Positions 18,768-28,989 are shown, counted from the stretch's first letter. The stretch is 64,000 nucleotides of DNA from Geothrix sp. (GCA_036504495.1 DASXVC010000014.1:2366-66365); one strand, 5' to 3'. The notes: generated from the sequence alone by a model not told the origin. A program made the numbers and translations.

Positions 18768-21700
18768 CTAGCTGCACCCCGTGGTGGCCCCGCAGGTCTG
18801 GCACTTCATGCAGGCGCCGTTGCGGACGAGGGTGAGGTGGCCGCATTCGGGGCAGGGATCGCCGGTGTAGCCCTTTTCACGGGCGGCCTGGGCGGCGGAC
18901 ACGGTGGCGCCGGACAGGGAGGCGGCGGGGCGGGCGCTGACGGCCACCAGCTGGGGCGCGGCCTGGGGGGCCGGCGCGGAGGCACCCGCGGCGGTCTCGG
19001 GGAAGGGCAGGGGCGTGCCCGTGGGCAGGCTCGGCAGGTTCACGCCGGGGGCCTGGCTGTTGGGACGCAGGCCCGTGGTGGCGTTCATGAGCTGTTCGGG
19101 CTCCACATGGGCCAGGTCGTAGCGGCCCAGGTAGCTGATGGCCAGTTCGCGGAACACGAAGTCGATGAGGCTGGTGCTCAGCTTGATGGTGTCGCTGCCG
19201 GCCACCATGCCGTTGGGCTCGAAGCGGGTGAAGAGGAAGGCATCGCAGAACTCCTCCAGGGGCACGCCGTGCTGGAGGCCCATGCTCACCGCGATGGCGA
19301 AGCAGTTGAGCACGGCGCGGAAGGCGGCGCCCTCCTTGTGGATGTCGAGGAAGATCTCGCCGAGGCTGCCGTCCTCGTATTCGCCGGTGCGGAGGTAGAG
19401 CTTGGTGCCGCCGATGGTGGCGGCCTGGGTGTAGCCGCCGCGGCGGTTGGGCAGGCGGCGGCGGTAGGTGCGCACCAGCTGCTGGGTGAGAGCCTGGGCC
19501 AGCACGGGGGTCTTTTCCGCGGCGGTGGCCTGGTCGTCCAAGAGGGTGTCCACGCCGTCCAGCAGGTCCAGGCTGGTGGCCATGGCCTGGCTCATCTTGG
19601 AGCCGTCGCGGTAGAGCGCCACGGCCTTGAGCATGAGCTGCCAGCTGGCCTCGTAGATGCCGCCGATCTCATTCACGGTGGCTTCCGCGGGCAGGTTGAT
19701 GGTCTTGCTGATGGCGCCGCTGAGGAAGGGCTGGGCCGCGCCCATCATGCGCAGGTGGCCCTGGGGGGCGATGTAGCGCCGGCCGGTGCGGCCGCAGCGG
19801 TTGGCGCAGTCGAAGATGGCCATGTGCTCGTCCTTGAGGTAGGGCGCGCCTTCCACGGTCATGGTGCCGCTCAGGGCCAGCAGGAAGGTCTCGACCTGCT
19901 CGGGGCTGAAGGTGCCCTTCAGGCGCTCCACGTCGATGGCGTAGGCGGGATCGAAGGCCGTGGGGAGCTTCTGCTCCACGGCGGCGATCTCCTCCTCGGC
20001 CCAGCCCGCGCCCTTCAGCATGGTGCGGGTGATGCCGGGGGTCTCGTCGGTGATCTGCAGCCAGCCCACCACGTGGCGCTCGATCTCCTGGATCTGCGCG
20101 GGGGCGTAGCCCAGGCGGGCCAGGGCCTCGGGGATGGCGCTGTTCACCAGCTTGAAGTAGCCGCCGCCGGCCAGCTTCTTGAACTTCACCAGGGCGAAGT
20201 CGGGTTCGACGCCCGTGGTGTCGCAGTCCATGAGCAGGCCGATGGTGCCCGTGGGCGCCAGCACCGTCACCTGGGCGTTGCGGTAGCCCCACTGCTCGCC
20301 GTAGGTGAGGGCCGTGTCCCAGCTTTCGCGGGCGGCATCCACGATGCGCTTGGGCACCCCGGTGCCGGTGAGGCCCTGGGGCCGGATGGAGAGCTGCTCG
20401 TATTCGGAGGGCGGGGCGTTGTAGGCGGCGCGGCGGTGGTTGCGGATGACCCGCAGCATGTGCGCGGCATTCTTCTGGTAGCCCGGGAAGGGCCCCAGCT
20501 CGCGGGCCATCTCGGCGCTGGCGGCGTAGGCATCGCCCGTGAGGATGGCCGTGAGGGTGGCGCACCACTGGGTGCCTTCGGCGCTGTCGTAGGGGATGCC
20601 CATGCGCATGAGCATGGCGCCCAGGTTGGCGTAGCCGAGGCCCAGGGTGCGGAAGTCGTAGCTGAGCTTCGCGATGGATTCGCTGGGGAACTGTGCCATG
20701 AGCACACTGATCTCGAGCACCACGGTCCAGAGGCGGATGGCGTGGCGGTAGCCCGCCAGGTCGAAGCCGCCGTCGCCGGTGAGGAAGGTGCACAGGTTCA
20801 GCGACGCCAGGTTGCAGGCGGTGTCATCCAGGAACATGTACTCGGAGCAGGGGTTGCTCGCGTTGATGGGCCCGTCCTCGGGGCAGGTGTGCCAGTCGTT
20901 GATGGTGGTGTTGAACTGGATGCCGGGATCGGCGCAGGCCCAGGCGGCGCGGTTCACCTTCTCCCACAGATCCTTGGCGCGGAGCTTCTTGCTGGTCTTG
21001 CCGTCGATGCGGCGCTTCAGTTCCCAATCCCCATCCATCTCCAGGGCGCGCATGAAGGCATCGGGCACGCGCACGGAGTTGTTGGAGTTCATGCCGCCCA
21101 CGGTGAGGTAGCCCTCGCCGTCCCAGGAGGTGTCATAGCCCGCGAGATCCCGGGCGAAATCACCCTCGGCCAGACGGCCCAGGCACTGCGTGAGGAACGC
21201 CGCGGGCACGCCTTCGCGCTTGGCGCGGGCCAGGGCCTTGCGCAGGGCCTCATTGGTCTTGGGATCGGCGTCCTTGGTGGTGGAGCCCTCCACGGACAGG
21301 CAGATGGCGTCCCAGTGGCGGCGCAGCATGGTGCTGCCCGCGGCCATCATGGCCACCTTGCGCTCCTCGGTCACCTTCCAGTCAATGAAGGCCTCGATGT
21401 CGGGGTGGTCGAGGTCGAGGCAGACCATCTTGGCGGCGCGGCGCGTGGTGCCGCCGCTCTTGATGGCGCCCGCGGCGCGGTCGCCCACGGCCAGGAAGCT
21501 CATGAGGCCCGAGCTGCGGCCGCCGCCGGACAGGGGTTCCTCGGAGCCGCGCACCTTGGAGAAGTTGGTGCCCGTGCCGGAGCCGTACTTGAAGATGCGG
21601 GCCTCGCGGGTCCACAGGTCCATGATGCCGCCCTCGTTCACGAGGTCGTCGGCCACGCTCTGGATGAAGCAGGCATGGGGCTGCGGGCGCTCGTAGGCGG

Positions 21701-22172
21701 AGGTGGACTTCATCATCCCGCCGGTGGCCGGGTCCACGTAGCTGTGCCCCTGGGCCGGGCCGGAGATGCCGTAGGCGAAGTGCAGGCCGGTGTTGAACCA
21801 CTGCGGGGAATTGGGCGCGCACATCTGGCCCGCCAGCATGTAGGTCAGCTCGTCGTAGAAGGCCTGGCCGTCCTCCGCCGATTCAAAGTAGCCGTGGGTC
21901 TCGCCCCAGTGGCGCCAGCACCCCGCCAGGCGGTGGAAGACCTGGCGCGCGTCCTTCTCTCCGCTGTTCTGGGCGTCGATGCCCTTCCGGCGGAAGTACT
22001 TCTGGGCCAGGATGTCCACGGCCACCTGGGACCAGGTCTCCGGCACCATCACGTCCTTGGCCTCGAAGACCACGGTGCCGTCGAGCTTGGAAATCCGGCT
22101 CGTCCTGGGGACGAAGTGGAAACCTTCCAGGGGGTCGTGACCTGCCTTCGTAAAGTGGCGGGCGATCTTCAT
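18768..22172 (-). CDS. nrdJ: Vitamin B12-dependent (class II) ribonucleotide reductase with C-terminal TSCPD and zinc ribbon
   Basis: [48 protein letters not shown] motifs; terminal CPECG...[11 protein letters not shown]. Confidence 0.96.
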   Translation of the reverse strand: MKIARHFTKAGHDPLEGFHFVPRTSRISKLDGTVVFEAKDVMVPETWSQVAVDILAQKYFRRKGIDAQNSGEKDARQVFHRLAGCWRHWGETHGYFESAEDGQAFYDELTYMLAGQMCAPNSPQWFNTGLHFAYGISGPAQGHSYVDPATGGMMKSTSAYERPQPHACFIQSVADDLVNEGGIMDLWTREARIFKYGSGTGTNFSKVRGSEEPLSGGGRSSGLMSFLAVGDRAAGAIKSGGTTRRAAKMVCLDLDHPDIEAFIDWKVTEERKVAMMAAGSTMLRRHWDAICLSVEGSTTKDADPKTNEALRKALARAKREGVPAAFLTQCLGRLAEGDFARDLAGYDTSWDGEGYLTVGGMNSNNSVRVPDAFMRALEMDGDWELKRRIDGKTSKKLRAKDLWEKVNRAAWACADPGIQFNTTINDWHTCPEDGPINASNPCSEYMFLDDTACNLASLNLCTFLTGDGGFDLAGYRHAIRLWTVVLEISVLMAQFPSESIAKLSYDFRTLGLGYANLGAMLMRMGIPYDSAEGTQWCATLTAILTGDAYAASAEMARELGPFPGYQKNAAHMLRVIRNHRRAAYNAPPSEYEQLSIRPQGLTGTGVPKRIVDAARESWDTALTYGEQWGYRNAQVTVLAPTGTIGLLMDCDTTGVEPDFALVKFKKLAGGGYFKLVNSAIPEALARLGYAPAQIQEIERHVVGWLQITDETPGITRTMLKGAGWAEEEIAAVEQKLPTAFDPAYAIDVERLKGTFSPEQVETFLLALSGTMTVEGAPYLKDEHMAIFDCANRCGRTGRRYIAPQGHLRMMGAAQPFLSGAISKTINLPAEATVNEIGGIYEASWQLMLKAVALYRDGSKMSQAMATSLDLLDGVDTLLDDQATAAEKTPVLAQALTQQLVRTYRRRLPNRRGGYTQAATIGGTKLYLRTGEYEDGSLGEIFLDIHKEGAAFRAVLNCFAIAVSMGLQHGVPLEEFCDAFLFTRFEPNGMVAGSDTIKLSTSLIDFVFRELAISYLGRYDLAHVEPEQLMNATTGLRPNSQAPGVNLPSLPTGTPLPFPETAAGASAPAPQAAPQLVAVSARPAASLSGATVSAAQAAREKGYTGDPCPECGHLTLVRNGACMKCQTCGATTGCS

Positions 22173-22278
22173 TGGGTTGTCCTGGGCAGGGGGGGTGGTG
22201 AGGGGCGTTCAAAAGGCCGGATGGGACCCGAAAGGGCGCACGAAGCTCTCCCTTGCTGGAAGGGGACTTTGTGGGAAA

Positions 22279-22332
22279 CCTCAAGGGGTTGTGCCGGGAG
22301 AAAAGGATGGCCCCAACATGTAGGGGTGTCAA
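22279..22332 (-). promoter_or_regulatory. nrdJ promoter with two NrdR boxes
   Basis: TTGACA (22332-22327) abuts near-palindrome CCCCAACATGTAGGGG (22311-22326); a second box GCACAACCCCTTGAGG lies 32 bp downstream; both fit the acaCwAtATaTwGtgt consensus core. Confidence 0.75.
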
Positions 22333-22461
22333 GGGCCGCCCACCGGATTTTTCCAGCAATTAAAAAAGTCCATAAAAATCCTCACTTTGAGGGCCCGCGC
22401 CCCTCTGCGAAGGACCCTTTCGCTGGCGTGACCCCCCCCTCAGAAGCTACCCTGATGGCAA

Positions 22462-22552
22462 GCCGGGCCCCATGCATCGGGGTGCGACGAACCGGGTCAG
22501 ATCGGAAGAAGCAGCCCTAAGTCGCTCCCCCGAGTGCCGTGGTAAGCCCGGC
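22462..22552 (+). ncRNA. ffs: Signal recognition particle RNA (small bacterial 4.5S type)
   Basis: Long hairpin GCCGGGC...GCCCGGC containing GAACCGGGTCAGATCGGAAGAAGCAGCCCTAAG (helix-8 motif with GGAA tetraloop). Confidence 0.9.
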
Positions 22553-22661
22553 CCTTTTGCGCCTTTGGCGAAAAAGGGCCGGACTTACCATCCGTTCGCG
22601 CGGCGCCTGCGGCTTGCGCTCACGGGTCGGTACCGCCGTACGCAAATCTGCTTTTCTTTTC

Positions 22662-23540
22662 CTATCTCGGAATCCGCGCAGCGGATTCCGAGCCCGCACG
22701 GCACACGGAGTACAAAGGACACTCCGCGCAGGTGCTGCGTTTCCGCACGCCGGGGCAATCCCCCAGGATGCCCAGGTGGCTGAGGGCGAAGTCGTAGCGG
22801 AGGGGGTCGACAGGATCCAGGCGGCGCAGGGAGGCGGTGATCTCGTGGGCCATCTTGCCGTCTGGTGTGGCGCGGCGGCTGAGGCCGATGAAGCGCGACA
22901 CGCGGGCCACATGGGTGTCGAGGGGGATGATGAGCTGATCCACGGGGTAGCGGGTCCAGAGGCCCAGGTCCGGCCAGGCCGGCCGCGCCATCCAGCGCAG
23001 GAACATGCGCCAGCGCTTGCAGGCGGCCCCTTCCAGCGGGTCGGGCAGGGAAAAGCGGGAGCCGTAGGTGGCCGGGAGCTCCTTCCGGAGGCGCTGGACC
23101 AGGCGGGAGAGCGCGGCATCGGCGTGTCCGTCGGGCCCGGGTAGCAGATGGGGTTCGAGCCCGCTGCCACTTTCGCCGTCCAGCCGCTTCCAGGCCAGCA
23201 GCCACGCCACCAGGTCGCTGGCTGTGTGGAACCGCCAGACCCAGCCTTCCAGGGCCCGGGTCAGCTCCTGCCGGATGCCGGCCTCGGTGCGTTCCCGAAG
23301 CCAGGCGGCGGGATGGGCTCCGAGAGGCGCCAAAGCGCCCGCCACGGCCCGGATCATGGGATCCACCCGACCGTAGGCTAGGTGGGCCGCCACAAAGGCA
23401 GCCACCTCCCGGTCGAAAGGCCCTTCATAGGCCAGCGGCACGGAGAGGGGGTCCTTCAGCAGGGCCCCGGCCGTGTCGTACCGGACGCAGAGGCCGTCCA
23501 GCCGGGCCTTCAATGCAGTGGCGGAGGTTCCCATACCCAT
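22662..23540 (-). CDS. TIGR02757/DUF2400 family protein (HhH-like, C-terminal Cys cluster)
   Basis: DREVAAFVAAHLAYG, ACKRWRMFLRWM.R..DLGLW, IPLDTHV, DPLRYDFAL, C..CPL..VC; only the 3' part of the 740-aa track ORF. Confidence 0.88.
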   Translation of the reverse strand: MGMGTSATALKARLDGLCVRYDTAGALLKDPLSVPLAYEGPFDREVAAFVAAHLAYGRVDPMIRAVAGALAPLGAHPAAWLRERTEAGIRQELTRALEGWVWRFHTASDLVAWLLAWKRLDGESGSGLEPHLLPGPDGHADAALSRLVQRLRKELPATYGSRFSLPDPLEGAACKRWRMFLRWMARPAWPDLGLWTRYPVDQLIIPLDTHVARVSRFIGLSRRATPDGKMAHEITASLRRLDPVDPLRYDFALSHLGILGDCPGVRKRSTCAECPLYSVCRAGSESAARIPR

Positions 23541-23675
23541 CAGTGTCCCAGGTGCCGCGACCCTCTCCACGGCGGAAAATGCGAAGCTCGTGCCTAAAAT
23601 CACTATGTAAGCCAAGGCATTGCCGGTAGGCTTATGAACGGTGGCCCGTGGCCCCTTGAGGAGTGCTGACCGCAC

Positions 23676-24077
23676 ATGATGACCCTGCGTGGCCTTGGAA
23701 ACCTGGCGAAGATCCTGGAAGAAGCTGCAAAACCTGATTCCGTGTTGCGTGAAGACCGCGAGAAGCCCAAGCCCAAGGTTCTCAAGAAGGGGGAGAAGGC
23801 CGGAAACATCCGGGTCATCGATCCCAAGCGGAAAGTCTGGTACGAGAAGCGCCTGAAGGAGATCACCACCAAGGCGGCCTCCTCCGAAAGCGCCGCCTCC
23901 GGGCCCGTGAGTGCGCCCCTGATGCCTGCGGCTCCCGCGCTGGCCAAGAGTGTGGCCTCCCAGATGGGCGGCTCGCTGCTGCAGACCCTGGCCGCCGCCA
24001 AGGATGCCAAGCCCAAGGTCGAAGGGCAGAAGCGCTCCGAAGCCTGGCGCCGCAAGCCGGGTGAATCGATCTTCTAA
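23676..24077 (+). CDS. Hypothetical basic protein
   Basis: GAGGAG upstream, typical codon usage, Lys-rich; no domain recognised. Confidence 0.65.
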   Translation: MMTLRGLGNLAKILEEAAKPDSVLREDREKPKPKVLKKGEKAGNIRVIDPKRKVWYEKRLKEITTKAASSESAASGPVSAPLMPAAPALAKSVASQMGGSLLQTLAAAKDAKPKVEGQKRSEAWRRKPGESIF

Positions 24078-24090
24078 CCTCATTCCATTC

Positions 24091-24148
24091 ATACGAAAAC
24101 GAGGCGGCTCTGCCGCCTCGTTTTCGTATTGCGGGGCAAAGCCCCGCA
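24091..24148. terminator. Double hairpin between convergent genes (bidirectional terminator or REP-like doublet)
   Basis: 18-bp perfect stem with TCT loop directly followed by an 8-bp stem with AAA loop. Confidence 0.7.
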
Positions 24149-24151
24149 GCT

Positions 24152-24652
24152 TCAAGCCAGGGGTGCGGTCCGAAGGTACTTCCGCCCGATCCAGGTGGCA
24201 GACAGGGGGCGCTCGAAGCGCCCCTGGCGGAGGTCTCCCAGGGTGAGGAGGGCCAGGTCCAGCACCACGGTGCCGGCGCCCAGCGTGCCATCGGCGATGC
24301 GCGCTTCCAGGTCGGTGCGCGCGAAGACGCGGACGCCCTCGGGCAGCCGAGTGATCACGTCCTGGGCATCCTGCAGGCCCAGGCCGAGCCGCTCGGAGAT
24401 CTGCCGGACGCCACGCAGCATGCCGTCGATGGCGCAGCCCGAGGGCTGGGTCGCCAGGGTGGGTTCGGCGATGGCCAGGATGCGGCCCTCCAGGAGGGCC
24501 CAGGTCCCCTGGTACTGGATGCCCTTGTGGCGCCACCGGCCCAGGAGGGCCTCGATCTCGGGCGCGAGGACGGAGGGGTCCACGGGCCGGTCGAAGGCCA
24601 CCAGCCACAGGCGGGCGTCGTCGGGCAGGGCGGAAAAGGCGGACAGGGGCAC
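24152..24652 (-). CDS. Conserved hypothetical protein
   Basis: FSALPDDARLW...W.HKG...PSGCAID pattern recalled from an uncharacterised family. Confidence 0.7.
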   Translation of the reverse strand: MPLSAFSALPDDARLWLVAFDRPVDPSVLAPEIEALLGRWRHKGIQYQGTWALLEGRILAIAEPTLATQPSGCAIDGMLRGVRQISERLGLGLQDAQDVITRLPEGVRVFARTDLEARIADGTLGAGTVVLDLALLTLGDLRQGRFERPLSATWIGRKYLRTAPLA

Positions 24653-24763
24653 GGCGGACTCCAGTGTCAGGACAGTCTATGGGATGCCGGCTGTTCCGTC
24701 CCCATGTCCTGTCCAGGGTTCCGTGACGAAAGTTCCGGCAAGTCTCGCGTAAGGTGGAAGGCG

Positions 24764-25711
24764 ATGCGAGACACAGCGATCCTGCTCCTGAATCTGGGTG
24801 GTCCGGTGAACCTGGACCAGGTGGAGCCTTTCCTGGCGGCCTTGTTCGGGGACCGGGACCTGATCCGTCTCCCAGGCCCAGCATGGCTCCAGGGCCCCTT
24901 TTCCAAGCTCATCGCGAAGCTGCGCGCCCCGGGCGCGAAGGGGCGCTACGCGCAGATCGGCGGCGGATCCCCGCTGCTGCGGGAGAGCGCCTTCCAGGCC
25001 TCGGCGCTGAGGTCGGCCCTGCGGGCCGCCGGCCGCAATGAACCGGTGAAGCTCTGCTTCCGCTATGCCGCGCCCCGGGCCGAAGGGCTGCTGAAGGCCC
25101 TGAAGCGGGACGGCATCCGCAAGCTGGTGCCGGTGACCCTCTACCCCCACGACTGCCGCGCCACCACCGGCTCAAGCCTGCGGGAGCTGGCCGTGGAGGC
25201 CGCCAAGGCGGGCATGGAGATCCTGCCCGGCGTGGACCACTACGCCACGGACCCCGACTACCTCGACGCACTGGAGATGCCGCTCCGCGCCGCGCTGAAG
25301 GAGCTTCCCGGCGCCACGGTGATCTTCAGCGCCCACAGCCTGCCCGTGCGCCAGATCGAGGCGGGAGATCCCTACGAGAAGGAGATCCACGCCACGCGCG
25401 AGGCGCTGATCGCCCGGATCGGCGAGATCCCGGGTGGCTACCTCCAGGCCTACCAGAGCCGCACGGGCCCCGTGCGCTGGCTGGAGCCGCCCCTGAAGTC
25501 CGTGCTGGAATCCATGGGCGGCAAGGATGTGGTCGTGGTGCCCATGAGCTTCGTGAGCGAGCACATCGAGACCCTGCACGAACTGGACATCGAGTACCGG
25601 CACGTGGCCGACCAGGCGGGCATCCGCACCTACCGCCGTGTGGCCGCCCCGGGCACCGATCCCGCCTACATCCGCTGCCTCACCCGGCGCGTTCTGGAGA
25701 TCCTCCCATGA
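24764..25711 (+). CDS. hemH: Ferrochelatase
   Basis: LLNLGGP, IGGGSPL, FSAHSLP, GDPY, YQSR.GP..WL.P, SFVSEHIETLHELD. Confidence 0.95.
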   Translation: MRDTAILLLNLGGPVNLDQVEPFLAALFGDRDLIRLPGPAWLQGPFSKLIAKLRAPGAKGRYAQIGGGSPLLRESAFQASALRSALRAAGRNEPVKLCFRYAAPRAEGLLKALKRDGIRKLVPVTLYPHDCRATTGSSLRELAVEAAKAGMEILPGVDHYATDPDYLDALEMPLRAALKELPGATVIFSAHSLPVRQIEAGDPYEKEIHATREALIARIGEIPGGYLQAYQSRTGPVRWLEPPLKSVLESMGGKDVVVVPMSFVSEHIETLHELDIEYRHVADQAGIRTYRRVAAPGTDPAYIRCLTRRVLEILP

Positions 25712-26967
25712 GCACTCTGATCCTCGGTGGCGGCGTGACGGGCCTGGCAGCGGCCTGGCATCTGGAGCGGCGTGGCGAACCCGTTGAAGTGTGGGAGGCC
25801 GCTTCCAGCGTGGGTGGCTGGATGAAGACCCTGCCCTGGGAGGGTGGCCATTTCGAAACCGGTCCCCAGGGTGTGCTCTGGCAGAAGGGCACGGTGGTGG
25901 ATCGCCTCTTCAGCGCCATCGACCTGCCCTTCAAATCGCCGGGCACGGGCGCCCGCTGGGTGGGGAAGGGCGGGCGCCTGGTCCCCGTGCCCGCCTCGCC
26001 TCCGGGGCTGATGCTCTCGCCCCTCATGACCCTGGGCGCCAAGCTGCGGATGATGGCGGAGCCCTTCATCCCCGTGCGGGGCGCGGAACCGGAAGAAGGG
26101 CTGTCTGCCTTCATCGCGCGGCGCCTCGGCAAGGGCGTGGCCACGGAACTGCTGCCGGCCATGGTGGCCGGCGTGCTGGCGGCGCCCGCGGAGGTCCTGT
26201 CCGTGGATGCCATCCCCAAGCTGCGCCAGTGGGAAGCCACCGGCAGCCTGGTGAACGGCATCCGCAAGGGTGGCGTGAGCCACATGGTGGTGCCCGAGGG
26301 CGGCATGGGTCAGCTGCCCTTGCGCCTGGTGGCGAAGCTGTCCACGGTGCGGACGGGCCTGCGGGCCGAACGGCTGGAAGCCCTGCCCGGCGGCCGCTGG
26401 CGCGTGAGCGGCGGCGGCGAGGTCCGCGAAGCCGATCGCGTGGTGCTGGCGCTGCCCGCCTATGAAGCCGCCGCGCTGCTGGGCCCTGTCGCCTCGCAAA
26501 GTGCCGACGCCCTGGCTGCCATCCCCTACACCTCCGTGGATCTCTGGCACAGCCGCCACACCCCGCTGCCGGCCCTGAAGGACAGCTTCGGCTTCCTCAT
26601 CCACCCGCCCGAGGGGGATGGCTACCTGGGCTCCCTCGTGCCGTCCTGGATGGACCCGCAAAGCGCCCCAGAGGGCTTCATGCAGCTCCGCAGCTTCATC
26701 GGCGGAGCCTTTGGCAAGCCCGCGGATCTGGAGGCCTGGGAGGGCGTGTACGCCCGCCTGAAGCACTGGGTCCCCACGCTCAGCGCTCCCGCGGCCGTGC
26801 GCCATGAACGGGCCGAACGGGCGATTCCGAGGCCGGAGCTGGGCCATCGGGCCCGTGTGAACGCCGCCTTGGAGGGTCTGCCCGCCGGGGTGGACTGGCT
26901 GAGCAATGCCCGCTTTGGACCGGGCGTGCGCGACATCCTCGAGGGCCTGGAAACCTGGGCTGGCTAG
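25708..26967 (+). CDS. hemG: FAD-dependent proto/coproporphyrinogen oxidase (HemY type)
   Basis: GGGVTGLAAA dinucleotide motif, EA...VGG, ETGP, FGFLI; translationally coupled to hemH. Confidence 0.85.
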   Translation: MSTLILGGGVTGLAAAWHLERRGEPVEVWEAASSVGGWMKTLPWEGGHFETGPQGVLWQKGTVVDRLFSAIDLPFKSPGTGARWVGKGGRLVPVPASPPGLMLSPLMTLGAKLRMMAEPFIPVRGAEPEEGLSAFIARRLGKGVATELLPAMVAGVLAAPAEVLSVDAIPKLRQWEATGSLVNGIRKGGVSHMVVPEGGMGQLPLRLVAKLSTVRTGLRAERLEALPGGRWRVSGGGEVREADRVVLALPAYEAAALLGPVASQSADALAAIPYTSVDLWHSRHTPLPALKDSFGFLIHPPEGDGYLGSLVPSWMDPQSAPEGFMQLRSFIGGAFGKPADLEAWEGVYARLKHWVPTLSAPAAVRHERAERAIPRPELGHRARVNAALEGLPAGVDWLSNARFGPGVRDILEGLETWAG

Positions 26968-27046
26968 GGCCTGTTTATTAAGGATGGACAGGGTGACATT
27001 TGCCCACATCCGGCGCAGAATGGGGCCACCTTTTCAGGAGCCCGCC

Positions 27047-27481
27047 ATGCGCACCAGCCTCCTCCTCTCTTTCCTTGCCTCAGCGGCGCTCTTTGCCCAG
27101 GCCCCGGCACCCAAGGCTGAAGCCAAGCCCGCAGCGAAGGCGGAGGCCAAGGCCGAAACCAAGGCTGGCGCCGAGGTCAAGGTCGGCACGGGCGTGGAGA
27201 AGATGGAAATCCAGGGCGAATCCGCCGCCTTCAAGGTGGCCGCCGGGACGAAGATCTACGCCTGGGCCAAGGTGACCGGCGCCGCCGACAGCTCGGTCAC
27301 GGTGGTGTTCAGCATGGGCGACCGCACTTCGAAGCAGGAACTGAAGGTGCCCCGTTCCCCCTACCGCACCAACGCCTACCGCACCTTCCGCGCGGGCGAC
27401 GGCGGCAGCTGGACCGTGAAGGTCCTGGCGGCGGATGGCGCCGAGCTGGGAACGGCCGCATTCACGGTCGAGATCCAGTAA
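27047..27481 (+). CDS. Secreted protein with DUF2914-like C-terminal Ig-like domain
   Basis: AGGAG RBS, signal peptide, AKAEAK linker, YRTNAYRT...GSWTVKV. Confidence 0.7.
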   Translation: MRTSLLLSFLASAALFAQAPAPKAEAKPAAKAEAKAETKAGAEVKVGTGVEKMEIQGESAAFKVAAGTKIYAWAKVTGAADSSVTVVFSMGDRTSKQELKVPRSPYRTNAYRTFRAGDGGSWTVKVLAADGAELGTAAFTVEIQ

Positions 27482-27546
27482 GGCTAATCTCAGTCTTCAG
27501 CGGGAGCGGTGCCCGGTGGGCGCCGCTCTCTTTGCCTGGAGGGGTC

Positions 27547-28071
27547 ATGCCCATTGCGGCCTTGCTTGAAGGTTCCCTGCCGGTGGGGGCCTCCATGTGG
27601 AAGCTCGCCCAGCCCTGGTGGGAATTCGCGCTGCGGGCGCTGCTGGTCTACGGCTTCCTGCTGGTGACGCTGCGCCTCACGGGAAAACGCCAGGTGGGCC
27701 AGCTGGCGCCCTTCGACCTGGTGCTGCTGCTGGTGTTGAGCAACGCGGTGCAGAACAGCATGAACGCCGGGGACAACACCGTGACGGCGGGCTTCATCCT
27801 CGTGGGCACACTGCTGGCTGTGAACGGTTTGATGTCCTGGCTGACCTGGCGCAGCAAGCGGGCCGAGATCCTCCTGGAGGGCAGGCCCCAGATCCTGGTG
27901 CACAACGGGCTGCTGGACGAGGCCATGCTGGCCTCTGAGCGGATCACCCGGCATGAGCTGATGGCGGCGGTGCGGCAGGCGGGGGTTTCCGATGTGGCTG
28001 ACGTCCGGGTGGCCATCCTGGAAACAAACGGCCGGATCAACGTGATCGCCAAAACGCCAAGCACCCCTTGA
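27547..28071 (+). CDS. YetF/DUF421 family membrane protein
   Basis: LRLTGKRQVGQLAPFDL, EG.P.ILV.NG, AILETNG.I.V. Confidence 0.92.
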   Translation: MPIAALLEGSLPVGASMWKLAQPWWEFALRALLVYGFLLVTLRLTGKRQVGQLAPFDLVLLLVLSNAVQNSMNAGDNTVTAGFILVGTLLAVNGLMSWLTWRSKRAEILLEGRPQILVHNGLLDEAMLASERITRHELMAAVRQAGVSDVADVRVAILETNGRINVIAKTPSTP

Positions 28072-28101
28072 CTTGACGAATAAAAAGCGAAAACTTAGGG
28101 C
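28068..28101 (+). promoter_or_regulatory. Putative promoter with CGAA-N7-CGAA direct repeat
   Basis: TTGACTTGACGAATAAAAAGCGAAAACTT immediately before the ATG; no SD sequence. Confidence 0.45.
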
Positions 28102-28989
28102 ATGACCCCGCTGCCCCTGCCTACGGATCCGCCACTGCTCTTCCAGGATCTGCTGGTGGAGCCCGAAGAAGCCCGGTCCATCCTGCGGCCCCAGAAGGAC
28201 GAGCGCTACGGCTTCGGCTTCGCCCTCAGCCCCTACCGAGGCTGCGGCCACGGGTGCCGCTACTGCTACGTCCGCGAGTACCCGAATGCCCTCCACAAGC
28301 CCGAGGACTGGGGCAACTGGGTGGCGCCCAAGCTGAACGCCCCGGAACTGCTCTGGTCCCAGCGGCACCGCCTCCATGGCGAGCGGGTCTTCATGGCCTC
28401 CGCCACGGACCCCTACCAGCCCCTGGAGCGCCAGTACCGCCTGAGCCGCCGCTGTCTGGAGGTGCTGCTGCTCTGCCCCACCACGGAGGTCATCGTCCAC
28501 ACCCGCTCGCCCCTGATCCTCCAGGACCTGGACTTGCTGCGGGCCTTCGGGCCGCGGCTGACCGTGGGGCTGTCCATCCCCACGGATGACGACACCGTGC
28601 GCCAGGCCGTGGAGCCCCATGCCCCGGCCATTCCCAGCCGCTGGGCGGCGGCGGAACGCCTGGCCGCCGCGGGCATCGGGGTGTCGGTGGCGGTGGCGCC
28701 CCTCATGGCCGTGCATGACGCGCAGGCCTTCGCCCGCAGGGCCCGGGCCAGTGGCGCCTCAGGGGCCTGGGTGGGGGGGCTCCGCCTGCTGAAGCAAGAC
28801 CCCTTCTACAAGGTGCTGGCGGATCATGGCTGGCTGAAGGTGCTGGATCCCGTCTACGCCGAAGGCATCCGGCAGGCCTTCAGGGAGGTGTTTCCGACCC
28901 GCCGCCATCCCCGGGAACGGCCCGATAAACCTGAGGTCCACCGGCCACCGCCCATCCGTCAGCCGGGCCTGTTCGATCGGGTGGGGTGA
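28102..28989 (+). CDS. SPL-like radical SAM protein (Rv2578c/SplB-like)
   Basis: SPYRGCGHGCRYCY (CxxxCxxC), ATDPYQP.E, TRSPLI..D.D; C-terminal QPGLF. Confidence 0.9.
   Translation: MTPLPLPTDPPLLFQDLLVEPEEARSILRPQKDERYGFGFALSPYRGCGHGCRYCYVREYPNALHKPEDWGNWVAPKLNAPELLWSQRHRLHGERVFMASATDPYQPLERQYRLSRRCLEVLLLCPTTEVIVHTRSPLILQDLDLLRAFGPRLTVGLSIPTDDDTVRQAVEPHAPAIPSRWAAAERLAAAGIGVSVAVAPLMAVHDAQAFARRARASGASGAWVGGLRLLKQDPFYKVLADHGWLKVLDPVYAEGIRQAFREVFPTRRHPRERPDKPEVHRPPPIRQPGLFDRVG

Noticed and set aside
18768-22172. Intein in NrdJ
   Set aside because: Catalytic motifs are contiguous, with no C/S...HN-C/S/T splice junction or LAGLIDADG block noticed
18837-22520. Long antisense ORFs (e.g. 1227 aa opposite nrdJ, 998 aa opposite gltB, 894 aa opposite the GGDEF gene)
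   Set aside because: Expected shadow frames of high-GC3 genes; no recognisable motifs
22440-22630. Cobalamin riboswitch upstream of B12-dependent nrdJ
   Set aside because: The structure is better explained as SRP RNA on the opposite strand; no B12 box was seen, and it lies upstream of the nrdJ promoter
22662-24884. 740-aa ORF as a single protein
   Set aside because: Only the last 292 codons match a family; the rest overlaps two better genes and reads as GC-rich shadow frame
26965-26985. TAGGGCCTGTTT after hemG resembling the left end of the 50359 MITE
   Set aside because: The match is short and no partner inverted end was found nearby
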